This document shows, piece after piece, positions 29,744 through 39,105 of a DNA stretch of 42,656 bases (within the stretch, counting starts at the first letter, position 1; each line of letters opens with the position of its first letter). The notes beneath the pieces are model-generated. The model was not told the origin of the DNA and did not search any database. It was given only the letters and a program-made list of their open reading frames with translations. The translations under genes were made by a program, and so were the position numbers. Source of the DNA: a virus (Duplodnaviria; Caudoviricetes); IMG/VR virus record IMGVR_UViG_3300030095_001515, positions 1 through 42,656 of that record. One strand, 5' to 3'.

Positions 29744-29930
29744 CTTTACCTCCGTAATCCCATCCTTTAAATCTATAACCTTGATCGTGTAGACAATTTA
29801 TACAAGCCATGCTAATACCTTTTCTTCCATCTAAATTGTTAACAGGCATTATAAAATCTTTTTGTCTTCCTAACTTTGAACACTTCTTACAATAGAACAT
29901 TATGTATGGTGGTTTTTTTTCTTCACTCAT
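29730..29930 (-). CDS. small Zn-finger protein
   Basis: CKKC...CINC; ATGA coupling. Confidence 0.6.
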   Translation of the reverse strand: MSEEKKPPYIMFYCKKCSKLGRQKDFIMPVNNLDGRKGISMACINCLHDQGYRFKGWDYGGKDEKR

Positions 29931-31444
29931 ATCATATACCTAAACTTTCCGAATGATTCTATTATGTGTAAATTATGTTTTGCTCTTGTTATACCCGTAT
30001 AAAAAACCCTATGCTCATCATCTTGATTAGGTGCACTAACCGCAGGCCAACACGACTCCGATGATAGTATTACATTGTCATCCTCTCCGCCTTTCATCTG
30101 ATGTATTGTCGATAGTTTAATACGTGGGTTTTGTAAGTCTTCTCCTCGTCTTAATATTGCTGCCATATAGTCTTGATCGTCCTTAGACATGTTGACTACG
30201 TTCACAGACTTCATATCCTTGGGTGCAACCATACCATGATTAGTAACAAGTTCATCATATGTCATTGTGCTTTGCGGATCTAAATACTCTAAGGACTTTG
30301 CCGATCCTCTTTTGACAACTTGATTTTTACCTTGCTTTGGTACGAAGTCATAGAGTTGTTTGATAGAATCTAAAGCTATCGCCTTATCTTTTTGTAAGTC
30401 TTCCCATATTTTCATATACTGAATAAACTCACCATCAAGTGATGTTCTACCAAACCTCTCGTATAGATATCCATTGTCACGTAGATTGGTTTCTATCTTA
30501 CTGACTATCTTGTTTGTCCGTGCCATGATTGTCCATGACCCCTCGTCTATATCTACATCATACCAATTCATATGATAATCTACTGATCCTTCACGTGTTG
30601 TCGGATTCCAATCTTTGTGTTGTCTTACATCAATTCTATTTACAATCTTATTTGCTAGTTTATGAACAGATGTTGGCACCCTAAAACTCTGATCTAATAT
30701 CCTAATATTCTCACAAGAATTCATAAAATTTGTCACATCTACACCATTCCATGCATGTATTGCCTGGTCATCATCCCCCGCATACCATATTCGTTCAGCC
30801 GATTGTTTAAGGACCTCGATCATTGACCATTGAAGCTTAGTTAAATCTTGTGCTTCATCGACAATCAATACATCTAGTTTTGGAGCAGTGCCTTGGTTTA
30901 CAAAATCAGAGATCATATCAGTAAAGTCTCGCTTGTCATACTCACGTTTATAGTCTTTATAAACTTGATCAACCTTATTTAAAAAAGAATAGTTAAGCTG
31001 ATAATCTCCATTGTCATTATATTCTTCTTCAAGACTTACTTCCCTCATGGTAGCTCGTCCTATTAGTTCTAGATATTGATTGCCTTTATTAAAGGATTGC
31101 AGAAGCACACCATCACTGTTGGACTTGGCCGTATAACCATCAAAGATAACTCCAAGTTCTTTTCCTAAGTCATTGAAATCATTACGAGTCATCATGTTAG
31201 AATCATTTAGGCCAAGCCAGTTATAGCCTGTTGAATGAAGGGTCTTGAACCATGGAACATCTTTGAGTGATAGTTTAGTTTGTGCCGATATACGATCTTT
31301 AGCCTCTTCTATAGATTTCTTAGAAAAAGATACAAATCCTATCCTATCGGGCGGTGTGCCTCTGCCTAGTTCTTCCTTAACTATATCAATCAAAGTATAT
31401 GTCTTACCACATCCTGGTGGTCCGAATATTAGTTCCTCACCCAT
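29927..31444 (-). CDS. UvrD/Rep-like SF1 helicase
   Basis: GPPGCGKT, VDEAQD, GDDDQAI, STIHQMKGGE, YTGITRAK. Confidence 0.92.
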   Translation of the reverse strand: MGEELIFGPPGCGKTYTLIDIVKEELGRGTPPDRIGFVSFSKKSIEEAKDRISAQTKLSLKDVPWFKTLHSTGYNWLGLNDSNMMTRNDFNDLGKELGVIFDGYTAKSNSDGVLLQSFNKGNQYLELIGRATMREVSLEEEYNDNGDYQLNYSFLNKVDQVYKDYKREYDKRDFTDMISDFVNQGTAPKLDVLIVDEAQDLTKLQWSMIEVLKQSAERIWYAGDDDQAIHAWNGVDVTNFMNSCENIRILDQSFRVPTSVHKLANKIVNRIDVRQHKDWNPTTREGSVDYHMNWYDVDIDEGSWTIMARTNKIVSKIETNLRDNGYLYERFGRTSLDGEFIQYMKIWEDLQKDKAIALDSIKQLYDFVPKQGKNQVVKRGSAKSLEYLDPQSTMTYDELVTNHGMVAPKDMKSVNVVNMSKDDQDYMAAILRRGEDLQNPRIKLSTIHQMKGGEDDNVILSSESCWPAVSAPNQDDEHRVFYTGITRAKHNLHIIESFGKFRYMI

Positions 31445-31679
31445 CAGTCTTTTCTCTTGGTCTGTTATCTAGCCACTCTTGAATTTCACTCTCTATCCAT
31501 CTAGATGTTCCATTCTTCTCGGGCAAACCAAGTATTTTAGGTTTAGGAAATATTCCTCTTTGAACCCATAGGTACAACGTAGACTTAGATATTTTAAGCC
31601 ATGCACATACTTCGGGTCCCGTAAGGAATGTAGTACTCCTTTCCGTTTGTGTTTCTTTAAAATGGGATTTCGTCATCAT
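31437..31679 (-). CDS. AlpA-family HTH regulator / excisionase-like protein
   Basis: EVCAWLKISKSTLYLWVQRGIFPKP...RWIESEIQEWL. Confidence 0.85.
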   Translation of the reverse strand: MMTKSHFKETQTERSTTFLTGPEVCAWLKISKSTLYLWVQRGIFPKPKILGLPEKNGTSRWIESEIQEWLDNRPREKTDG

Positions 31680-33192
31680 ATGTCTCCTTTTTTACAGATA
31701 AATCCACTTCAGTAGTTTCAAATTTAGGAACCCACCACACCCTTAAATTAACCCAATTTCCACCATCCATTTTTATTTTTTTAAAACCATTACATTTAGA
31801 ATCATGATTCAAATCTTTTAATCTTTGTTGGATCTGTGGTCTATTAAAGGTAGTAAATCCCCTTTGTTTCAAAAACTCCTGCAACCCTTTCATGGTAAAG
31901 TATGTTAAGTCTTCTTCTGTCCATGGTTTACCCATGGTCATTTCCTCGGGAGACTTTGCCCGAATTCGGCTAGTGCAGTAGGTTTCTACGAGTTCTTTAA
32001 ATTGACCCGTTAAGGTCAACTCTTCAGAAGCTTCGATTGACGTTGCAGAAGACAACAAGTTATTTACCAAAACTTGCCAATCCCCTGGTTTAAACAACGG
32101 AGGCATGAAATCAATCTGTTCGATACATGCACGTTGAAACTGTATAGGCATTTGTAATTGTTCTGTGGATAACTCTAATCTCTTACCATCCACATCTAAA
32201 AAGAATAATCTTGGCTCTGACTTCAAGATTGTTAGTCCGCTAATCTCGGGCAACGTATCATGATTGCCTATTCCATACTTAGCTTGTTTACATGCCTTCT
32301 TATCACAATGACTTTGCATAGGCTCATCCCTACACAAATATTCATAATCTTTTTTCTCATGTTGTTGTTGAATTGTTACTATCTCAGATGCGGGTAGTGG
32401 TGGTGAGCAATATCTTTGATTCCATGTTTCAAGCATTTGTTTCCAACTTTCTGGAAACTTTTTGATTGCATACTTACCCGCATGAAACATAACCTTGTTC
32501 CTTTGACCCTCGGGTATACCAAGATTAAAGAATATACGTAAACACCATGGTGCATCATCAAATTCTTTTTTGTTATTACCTAAATTTAATTTTGCCAGAT
32601 CATCCAGAGTTACAGTTTTTTTCTCAACAAAATCTAAAAATGACTCAAGCTTTAACTCCTTGCCCTTTTCATCGACTGCATATCTTAAAGTATTCTCCGT
32701 ATCAAAGTATGGTAGGTTTATAAAGTTGCCCACATCACCACGATCCACGAGTATTTGATCTTGCTTTGGAAATATCTCACAACTTGAATGGCCAAGTGCT
32801 GCTGCCATCTCACCTAAATAGTCTCTAACATCGACTGCCGGATAGTGTTCTTTTAAGAATAAAAATAAATGTGCTCCACCCGATTTACTTCTGCATACAA
32901 CAAAAGGCAGTTTCATAGTCTTACATCTCTTTGCTATTTCTGCATGATCGATTGGATATGTGTCTATATCTAACACACCAAACTTGCATGTGTTATTATG
33001 TGTAATAGGAATTGAGCCTACACCTCTTGTTCCACTAAGATGCTCTTGTACTAAATCAATAGTCAAAGGCTCCTTAACGATGAAACTACGTGCATCGGTC
33101 TTACCATTTTTCCTAACATTACCAATAGTGGTTTGTCCATGTGCGGTGCTTGATCCCTCAAACACCGCCATGAATCTTTGATTTAGGTCCAT
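31657..33192 (-). CDS. AEP-superfamily primase with PriCT-like domain
   Basis: LDID, RSKSGGAH, GNFINLPY; EGQRN...WN..YC.PPL..E. Confidence 0.75.
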   Translation of the reverse strand: MDLNQRFMAVFEGSSTAHGQTTIGNVRKNGKTDARSFIVKEPLTIDLVQEHLSGTRGVGSIPITHNNTCKFGVLDIDTYPIDHAEIAKRCKTMKLPFVVCRSKSGGAHLFLFLKEHYPAVDVRDYLGEMAAALGHSSCEIFPKQDQILVDRGDVGNFINLPYFDTENTLRYAVDEKGKELKLESFLDFVEKKTVTLDDLAKLNLGNNKKEFDDAPWCLRIFFNLGIPEGQRNKVMFHAGKYAIKKFPESWKQMLETWNQRYCSPPLPASEIVTIQQQHEKKDYEYLCRDEPMQSHCDKKACKQAKYGIGNHDTLPEISGLTILKSEPRLFFLDVDGKRLELSTEQLQMPIQFQRACIEQIDFMPPLFKPGDWQVLVNNLLSSATSIEASEELTLTGQFKELVETYCTSRIRAKSPEEMTMGKPWTEEDLTYFTMKGLQEFLKQRGFTTFNRPQIQQRLKDLNHDSKCNGFKKIKMDGGNWVNLRVWWVPKFETTEVDLSVKKETYDDEIPF

Positions 33193-33980
33193 TAAAATGG
33201 GATTTCGTCATCTACTTTTGCTGACGCAGAAGGCTGATCAACGATATCTTCGGCTCTTGCTTTAGCCTCACCCTTCATAACGGATTCCCTAAACTTCTTG
33301 GCCTCATCAAACAAGGCTCTGTCTTGGACAAAACCGACACGTTCAAAATTCCAATTGAAGAATGTACCTTGATCATTACTTTCCTCGACTGATTTGAACT
33401 TCCACATGTTTGCATAAACTGCGGGAACACGTAACTGTCCGCTCTTGTCTTTGACCTTTTGCATTGCAATTTGAGTCTTCCATCTTCGACTAACTTTAAG
33501 CTGAGATACTTTCATATCCATAATAGCTAGTGTTGGGATGTCACCATCAAGTATGATGCAATAGTGCTGATCCGATTTAACAAGTTCGTTACCATTTGGG
33601 AGCATCTCCTTATTGCCCTCACGTTTGGCTTGTTTGATGATTGGATCAGTAGGAGCTATCTCACCTACAAAACCACCACCCGAATCACGTGGCACAAATT
33701 GCAAATACTTAGTCTCCTGGTAACAAGGTATTACTGTTATACCTTCTTCACCATCCCAATACTGATTTGTTACAGTATTGAACATGTCTCCTTGAGTACA
33801 CCCATTGATAAACTTTGGGTCAGTTTTCTTTAACTGTGGGGACATGGCTTGTATGAGACGTAAAAATGGAATTTGTAATTCCGATGTATCATAGTCAATG
33901 CCTTCACCAGCGGTCTCAAAAATTTGATCTTCTATTGCAGAGGGAAGATTGTCCTCTTTTTTTGCTACTGCTTTGCTCAT
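33192..33980 (-). CDS. putative single-stranded DNA-binding protein
   Basis: IPFLRLIQAMSPQ; acidic DDEIPF tail; replication operon. Confidence 0.6.
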   Translation of the reverse strand: MSKAVAKKEDNLPSAIEDQIFETAGEGIDYDTSELQIPFLRLIQAMSPQLKKTDPKFINGCTQGDMFNTVTNQYWDGEEGITVIPCYQETKYLQFVPRDSGGGFVGEIAPTDPIIKQAKREGNKEMLPNGNELVKSDQHYCIILDGDIPTLAIMDMKVSQLKVSRRWKTQIAMQKVKDKSGQLRVPAVYANMWKFKSVEESNDQGTFFNWNFERVGFVQDRALFDEAKKFRESVMKGEAKARAEDIVDQPSASAKVDDEIPF

Positions 33981-33982
33981 TA

Positions 33983-34540
33983 TTAACTCCTTTTAATATC
34001 GGCAGTTCTTGCTACAAAGGCACCAAACATATCTAAATCGATTGGTAACCCCTTCTCTACACGTTCCCTAATGAATGCTTTAAGTGTCATTGAGTGAATG
34101 TGTGTCTTCTTTTCGGGATGCATACCACGTTGTTCGAGTTCATACATAATGTCACCCGCCATGTTATCCTCTCCCTTTCCAAATGACATGATGACATCAT
34201 TCTTTATAATATCATCAAGGCCATTATCTCTTAACCACTGATAAGCCTCTTCTCGTCTTGTCTGTGGTATACTTGCATTAATCAAAGGTTTTAATGTAAC
34301 ACTTAAATTTTCTACATCTAATCGTTGGACACCCATCTCATCCATCATGGATGGTATTTGCTCCGTAGACATTTTATGCTTTTGAAGTTTAAGTGCTTTA
34401 AGTTCTTCTTCCTTTTCATTAATATTGAGTGTAATCTGATTCAAGTCTTTAACAAGAGAAGAAAGATTTTTCATGTCCCCTTCTTGCACCTTGTCTAGAG
34501 TTGTATCATCAAACATCTCTTCAAAAATTTCTTCAGTCAT
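33983..34540 (-). CDS. replication-module protein
   Basis: AYQWLRDNG..DIIKN, IHSMTLKAFIRE; GAGGAG RBS. Confidence 0.7.
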   Translation of the reverse strand: MTEEIFEEMFDDTTLDKVQEGDMKNLSSLVKDLNQITLNINEKEEELKALKLQKHKMSTEQIPSMMDEMGVQRLDVENLSVTLKPLINASIPQTRREEAYQWLRDNGLDDIIKNDVIMSFGKGEDNMAGDIMYELEQRGMHPEKKTHIHSMTLKAFIRERVEKGLPIDLDMFGAFVARTADIKRS

Positions 34541-34566
34541 ATAAGTATCTCCTCTTCAGGTTTGGG

Positions 34567-34626
34567 TTGAAATTATTTTATTAATGTATATATTGGATAA
34601 TATAGGAGGATTTACATGAATGTCAA
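34567..34626. promoter_or_regulatory. overlapping divergent sigma70-like promoters
   Basis: Minus: TTGACA(34626-21)-18-TATTAT(34602-597); plus: TTGAAA(34567-72)-16-TATATT(34589-94). Confidence 0.55.
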
Positions 34627-36097
34627 CCACATAATGAAAACAAAACCATATAATCATCAAATAGATGCATTGGACAAAGCAAAAGACATGGGACTCTTTG
34701 GGTTTTTTATGGAAATGGGTACGGGTAAGTCTAAGGTATTAATTGATAACATTGCCTATTTACGTCACAACAAAAAGATAAATTTTGCTTTGATATTGGC
34801 TCCTAAGGGTGTGTATCGCAATTGGGTGCAGAAAGAAATACCTACACATTTATCTGATGACATAGAATATAAGTTATTATTCTGGCAATCCAATACAAAT
34901 AAAATGTATGAAAATAAATTAAATGATTTTTTTAAAACATCTACAACTGCTCTTAGAATATTTGTTATGAATGTTGAGGCATTTTCTAGTGCACGAGGAA
35001 TCAAGGCGGGTAATTGGATGGCTAAGAAGTTCGGGAGTCGGGGTCTTATTGCCATAGATGAATCAACAACTATTAAGAATCACAAAGCTAAACGAACTAA
35101 ATCCTTGATAAAGATAGGTCGGGAGTTTGCTTATAAACGTTTACTTACGGGATCGCCCGTAACCAAATCGCCTTTGGATCTATGGTCTCAGTTCGAGTTC
35201 CTTGACCCAGGGATCTTGAACTTCAAAAGTTATTATTCTTTTCTTAATCGTCATGCTAACATTTTAAAAAGGAGTCTTGGATCACATACCTTTCAACAAA
35301 TTGTTGGCTACAAAAGATTAAATGAACTGCTTGGTAAGATTGATCCAAATATATTTAGAGTGTTAAAAGTGAATTGTCTTGATTTGCCCGATAAAATTTA
35401 CACAACACGTTTCATTGAACTAACCGATGAACAAAAGAAGATGTATGACAAGATACAAAGAGAGGCTATTTTGTTACTTGACGTTGCTGCAACTGTTACT
35501 GCACCCATGATCATTACTCAAATGTTACGACTGCAACAAATATTATCGGGACATTTAAAGACAGATGAAGGAACCATAATTGATTTTAAAACCAATAGGT
35601 TAACAGAACTACTTAATATATGTGATGAAGTATCGGGTAAGATCCTAATATATTCTAGATTTAGATATGATATCCTTACGATAAAGAATAAACTTGAATC
35701 TTTATATGGCAAAGATTCTGTTGGGACATACTTTGGAGATACAACTCAAGAAGAAAGAGTTCGGGTTATTGAGGCTTTTGAAGATAAAGATAATCCTATG
35801 AGATTCTTTGTCGGGAATCCATCGACTGCGGGTTATGGTATAACTTTGAATCAAGCGAATACAGTTGTATATTATGCAAACGATTTTAATTTAGAAACAA
35901 GAATGCAATCAGAAGATAGATGTCATCGTATTGGCCAGACCAACAAAGTGACATACATAGATTTAATTGCAGAGAATACAATCGATGAAAAGATTGTGAA
36001 AGCTCTTAGAGATAAGATAGATATTGGTGCTAAAGTATTAGGAGAGGAGGCAAGACAATGGCTGAAGATAGACCCAAAGCAGAAAACAATGTTATAG
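34616..36097 (+). CDS. SNF2-family (SF2) helicase
   Basis: MEMGTGKS, DEST, LTGSP, GYGITL, QSEDRCHRIGQ. Confidence 0.92.
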   Translation: MNVNHIMKTKPYNHQIDALDKAKDMGLFGFFMEMGTGKSKVLIDNIAYLRHNKKINFALILAPKGVYRNWVQKEIPTHLSDDIEYKLLFWQSNTNKMYENKLNDFFKTSTTALRIFVMNVEAFSSARGIKAGNWMAKKFGSRGLIAIDESTTIKNHKAKRTKSLIKIGREFAYKRLLTGSPVTKSPLDLWSQFEFLDPGILNFKSYYSFLNRHANILKRSLGSHTFQQIVGYKRLNELLGKIDPNIFRVLKVNCLDLPDKIYTTRFIELTDEQKKMYDKIQREAILLLDVAATVTAPMIITQMLRLQQILSGHLKTDEGTIIDFKTNRLTELLNICDEVSGKILIYSRFRYDILTIKNKLESLYGKDSVGTYFGDTTQEERVRVIEAFEDKDNPMRFFVGNPSTAGYGITLNQANTVVYYANDFNLETRMQSEDRCHRIGQTNKVTYIDLIAENTIDEKIVKALRDKIDIGAKVLGEEARQWLKIDPKQKTML

Positions 36098-36219
36098 ATT
36101 TTAACCAGGCTAAACAAAAACTCAAAAACGTTAAATCATCTACAACTGTTCTTGAAGATTTAATAGAAGATGATCAAGAAGAATATTACTTTGAATTTAC
36201 ATTTGACAACGATGATTAA
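36058..36219 (+). CDS. small acidic protein (53 aa)
   Basis: GGAGG RBS; MAEDRPKAENNVIDF...YYFEFTFDNDD; not in ORF track. Confidence 0.55.
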   Translation: MAEDRPKAENNVIDFNQAKQKLKNVKSSTTVLEDLIEDDQEEYYFEFTFDNDD

Positions 36220-36275
36220 ATCAATATAATCAATTTTGTTTAGGACATCATATAATAATATGTTGAAATGAAATT

Positions 36276-36304
36276 GAGGTGGTTTTGTATCACCTCTTTT
36301 TTTT
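36276..36304 (+). terminator. Rho-independent terminator
   Basis: GAGGTG/CACCTC stem followed by T8. Confidence 0.75.
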
Positions 36305-36367
36305 GGCTTGATTTAAGAGCCATAGAGAGGGGGTAAATATACCCCCATGTATGATTGTACCTAGAAA

Positions 36368-36568
36368 TTATGACTTTTTGACTCGAATACAATCATCTAA
36401 AATTATCTTTTGATTCTTTGGTAAATTGTAAATTCTATAATTAATCAATCTTAATTCACATTGCTGCCGAGATTCAAACTCCCACTTAAACATGTGTGTT
36501 AAACATTCTTGTTTAGGTTTACCATCAACAAGCCAAACTGTACATATTAATGCCATTGCTTTAAACAT
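36368..36568 (-). CDS. small hypothetical protein
   Basis: MFKAMALIC...FESRQQC..; GGAG RBS. Confidence 0.6.
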   Translation of the reverse strand: MFKAMALICTVWLVDGKPKQECLTHMFKWEFESRQQCELRLINYRIYNLPKNQKIILDDCIRVKKS

Positions 36569-36797
36569 GCCACCAACTCCTCGAACCTTTGCCCTTGATT
36601 GGTTGTGTTTGTTTTAACTTTTTTAAATCCTCTTCAAATTCTTTTATTGATTCGTCAAGGTCCATAACCATATCAAGTCCTAACATAACTCCTTTATATT
36701 CTGCCTCAGATATTTTGTCTCTTGGTGGTTCTACAATTTTTGTGTGTTGTTCATATAAACATCTTAAATGTTCAATTCTCTTTTGTGTAAATGTCAT
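36561..36797 (-). CDS. hypothetical protein
   Basis: AAGGAGG RBS; overlaps neighbours. Confidence 0.65.
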   Translation of the reverse strand: MTFTQKRIEHLRCLYEQHTKIVEPPRDKISEAEYKGVMLGLDMVMDLDESIKEFEEDLKKLKQTQPIKGKGSRSWWHV

Positions 36798-37797
36798 TCA
36801 TTGCCTCCTTTATTGATAATCCTATTTGCATTGCTATTTGTGGTACTATTGCATTACCTAATCCTTTAAGTCTGTCCACCCTTGAGGGTATCCCATAAGC
36901 CACTCGACCCACATTGGGTTCAACGTCCCACCAACTTCTTGCTCGTTCTTCCGCTGATCCGTCTGTACTGCGGTTATCAGATTGACCATGTGATTCTTCT
37001 CTTGCAAGTTCTTCTCGGATCGAGGTCCTCGATTCCCGTCCCAAGCATTTGGTGTTGGCCACATTCTTGTCTCCGCTATCTTTTGTCCCAATGTCGGTGA
37101 TCTCGTCCCGTTCTGAACTGATGGAGGAACCACATTTATCGAATCCTTGTAATCCCTCGCCCTCGGAGTCGGCCATAATGCCATTGTCTTTTCGTCCACT
37201 TGTTCTCGAAGATTGCTCGGTTTTGTTCTGCCCTTGCGATGACCCTCTCGAATCTTTTTTGTCCCCTCCTCCGATCTTGGAGGTAAGTGATCCATCGTGT
37301 TCGGTGTTGCCCACAATCCAGAGTCGATCACGCTTGTGGGGTGCATTAATGCCACAAGCCGGAACAATAAACGTTTGTGTGGCGTAGCCTTCCAATGCCA
37401 TTTCGTGTAACACTTGGTCGAGACCCATGGTAACGTGACCATAAACGTTTTCGAAAACACACCAAGTCGGGCGTTTCCTTTTAACAATCTCATACACGTA
37501 AGGCCAGATGTTTCTCTCATCTTCCTCGCCTCTTCGTTGTCCCGCAACGCTGAATGGCTGACATGGGTATCCAGATGTAAGGATGTCATGGTCGGGAATA
37601 GTTCGGGTTGATTCGGGTCGGGCATTAACTAACTCCTTTACGTCATTAAAGATCGGGATGTTCGGGAAATTCTTCGCCAGGACTCTCTGACAATACGGGT
37701 CTATCTCACAAAAAGCAACGGGATTTGAGAGTGCTGCCCAACGAAAACCGAGGGAAAATCCCCCGATCCCCGAACAGACATCAAAGTGCCTAAGCAC
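36772..37797 (-). CDS. C5 cytosine DNA methyltransferase, alpha chain
   Basis: Motif I DVCSGIGG, IV GYPCQPFS, VI FENV, VIII HKRDRLW, X LGNAIVP; motif IX absent in this frame. Confidence 0.9.
   Translation of the reverse strand: MLRHFDVCSGIGGFSLGFRWAALSNPVAFCEIDPYCQRVLAKNFPNIPIFNDVKELVNARPESTRTIPDHDILTSGYPCQPFSVAGQRRGEEDERNIWPYVYEIVKRKRPTWCVFENVYGHVTMGLDQVLHEMALEGYATQTFIVPACGINAPHKRDRLWIVGNTEHDGSLTSKIGGGDKKDSRGSSQGQNKTEQSSRTSGRKDNGIMADSEGEGLQGFDKCGSSISSERDEITDIGTKDSGDKNVANTKCLGRESRTSIREELAREESHGQSDNRSTDGSAEERARSWWDVEPNVGRVAYGIPSRVDRLKGLGNAIVPQIAMQIGLSIKEAMNDIYTKEN
36858..37625 (-). CDS. nested alternative-frame MTase beta chain (TRD-like repeats plus motif IX)
   Basis: Own AAGGAG RBS 7 nt upstream; three W(A/P)TP repeats; LNPMWVEWLMGYPQGWT. 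Confidence 0.8.
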   Translation of the reverse strand: MPDPNQPELFPTMTSLHLDTHVSHSALRDNEEARKMRETSGLTCMRLLKGNARLGVFSKTFMVTLPWVSTKCYTKWHWKATPHKRLLFRLVALMHPTSVIDSGLWATPNTMDHLPPRSEEGTKKIREGHRKGRTKPSNLREQVDEKTMALWPTPRARDYKDSINVVPPSVQNGTRSPTLGQKIAETRMWPTPNAWDGNRGPRSEKNLQEKNHMVNLITAVQTDQRKNEQEVGGTLNPMWVEWLMGYPQGWTDLKD

Positions 37798-38297
37798 TAT
37801 ACTCCCCTTTGAATCTTAGACCATGCAATATTTAATCGGTCATAATTAAATGGAACGTTGCGACTCTTCATCATTAGCATTGCTTTTTCCATTGTTACAA
37901 TTGCCTCATGAAATGTCATCTGCTCATCTAACTTTGTGAGTTTGTAAACTCGATCCATGACCCTTGGATCATGACCACCCACATGCCACTCAATTGGATC
38001 AGTCCAAACACTACTCTTTTCATAGTTAACTTTCCAATCGTAAATGGTTGCAAGTAATCCATCCTCAAATTCAATTAGCCATTGATATCGGGTGTCCTTG
38101 TTCTCAGTTTCATCAGACCAAGGTAAATATTCATTCTTGATCGGTGTGCCAAATAACTCTGTTAGTTGAGTAAATGATAATCCTTTAAATGATCCGAAAA
38201 AATGTGTGCCGACCATTTTGTTTAATACAATATCCCGACTTAAAGATTGTTGGAGTGGGACATAATTAAACGATTGTAATTCTATAATTTGATTCAT
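37797..38297 (-). CDS. hypothetical phage protein
   Basis: W.IEF.DG..ATIYDWK...WHVGG; GGAGG RBS. Confidence 0.7.
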   Translation of the reverse strand: MNQIIELQSFNYVPLQQSLSRDIVLNKMVGTHFFGSFKGLSFTQLTELFGTPIKNEYLPWSDETENKDTRYQWLIEFEDGLLATIYDWKVNYEKSSVWTDPIEWHVGGHDPRVMDRVYKLTKLDEQMTFHEAIVTMEKAMLMMKSRNVPFNYDRLNIAWSKIQRGV

Positions 38298-38481
38298 TTA
38301 TACCTCCATTGTCATTATAAAAAATTGATCCATTGCCATTGCAAGTTTTACAGTTCAATAAGTTATGTTGTGTGGGAGTATAACCATGACCCCCACACTC
38401 ATAACATCGAACTTCGATGTAAGGCTCTTTTCCACTAGGGATCACGAACCTTGCATCTTCAGTTTCAAATATTACTTTCAT
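38266..38481 (-). CDS. small Zn-finger protein (DnaJ-type CxxCxGxG)
   Basis: CYECGGHG, CKTCNGNG. Confidence 0.65.
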   Translation of the reverse strand: MKVIFETEDARFVIPSGKEPYIEVRCYECGGHGYTPTQHNLLNCKTCNGNGSIFYNDNGGINESNYRITIV

Positions 38482-38487
38482 GATAAC

Positions 38488-38928
38488 TTACCACGATGCT
38501 TGATAATAGACATATCTAGGATGCATAAATAAATTACACTCCTTGATCATCTTCTCGCCCTCTTGCAAAAAAGTCTTTGCTCTTTCAAAAGTTGAAATGG
38601 CATTAGCCTTTTCTTCTTTTCCGTAATATCCAAACTCCGTGGAATTACCGAAGAAAAAACCCGAATGATCTTTGACTAATTTATCTTCACGAATTGCCAT
38701 GATAATCTTATCTAAATCATCTTCAGATAATTCTATCTTCTGACATTCATCAATACCCTTAGCAAAAGTATTAACAATATAACCATGCAAATCTGCATGT
38801 TTTCTCCAATAACCAAGATCAACGTTCATTGATTCGATATCATATTTATCGTCTAATTTTGGTCTCGGGACATCATCCTTATAAGCAGTATTATAATGAT
38901 GACCTATTAAGTTCATATCTAAACCCAT
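38488..38928 (-). CDS. early phage protein
   Basis: MGLDM...YWRKH...GFFFG...YYQASW; GGAGGT RBS. Confidence 0.75.
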   Translation of the reverse strand: MGLDMNLIGHHYNTAYKDDVPRPKLDDKYDIESMNVDLGYWRKHADLHGYIVNTFAKGIDECQKIELSEDDLDKIIMAIREDKLVKDHSGFFFGNSTEFGYYGKEEKANAISTFERAKTFLQEGEKMIKECNLFMHPRYVYYQASW

Positions 38929-39011
38929 AATTTACCTCCATTGGTTAGGTTAGTTAGTTTGTCATATGTAGTATTATATAATATGTAAATGGAAAAGTAC
39001 AACACTAAAAT

Positions 39012-39046
39012 AAAAAAAGAGCCAGAAAATTAATTCTAGCTCTTTT
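39012..39046 (-). terminator. Rho-independent terminator (possibly bidirectional)
   Basis: GAGCUAGAA/UUCUGGCUC stem plus U7 on minus strand. Confidence 0.8.
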
Positions 39047-39099
39047 CCTAACCAAAACTGCATAAGTGTATTTGACAATTACATGGAGGTTATGCAGAT
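39012..39099 (-). ncRNA. candidate c4/CI-like antisense sRNA
   Basis: Upstream promoter; CUGCAUAA/UUAUGCAG stem with bulged CCUCC; UUGGUUAGG linker; terminator. Confidence 0.55.
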
Positions 39100-39105
39100 G
39101 GTATC

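Noticed and set aside
31437-31679. AlpA as evidence of an integrated prophage
   Set aside because: No integrase, att site or host genes are visible.
36329-36346. Hairpin GGGGGTA-AATA-TACCCCC
   Set aside because: Real inverted repeat between convergent operons, but no U-tract on either strand; function cannot be supported.
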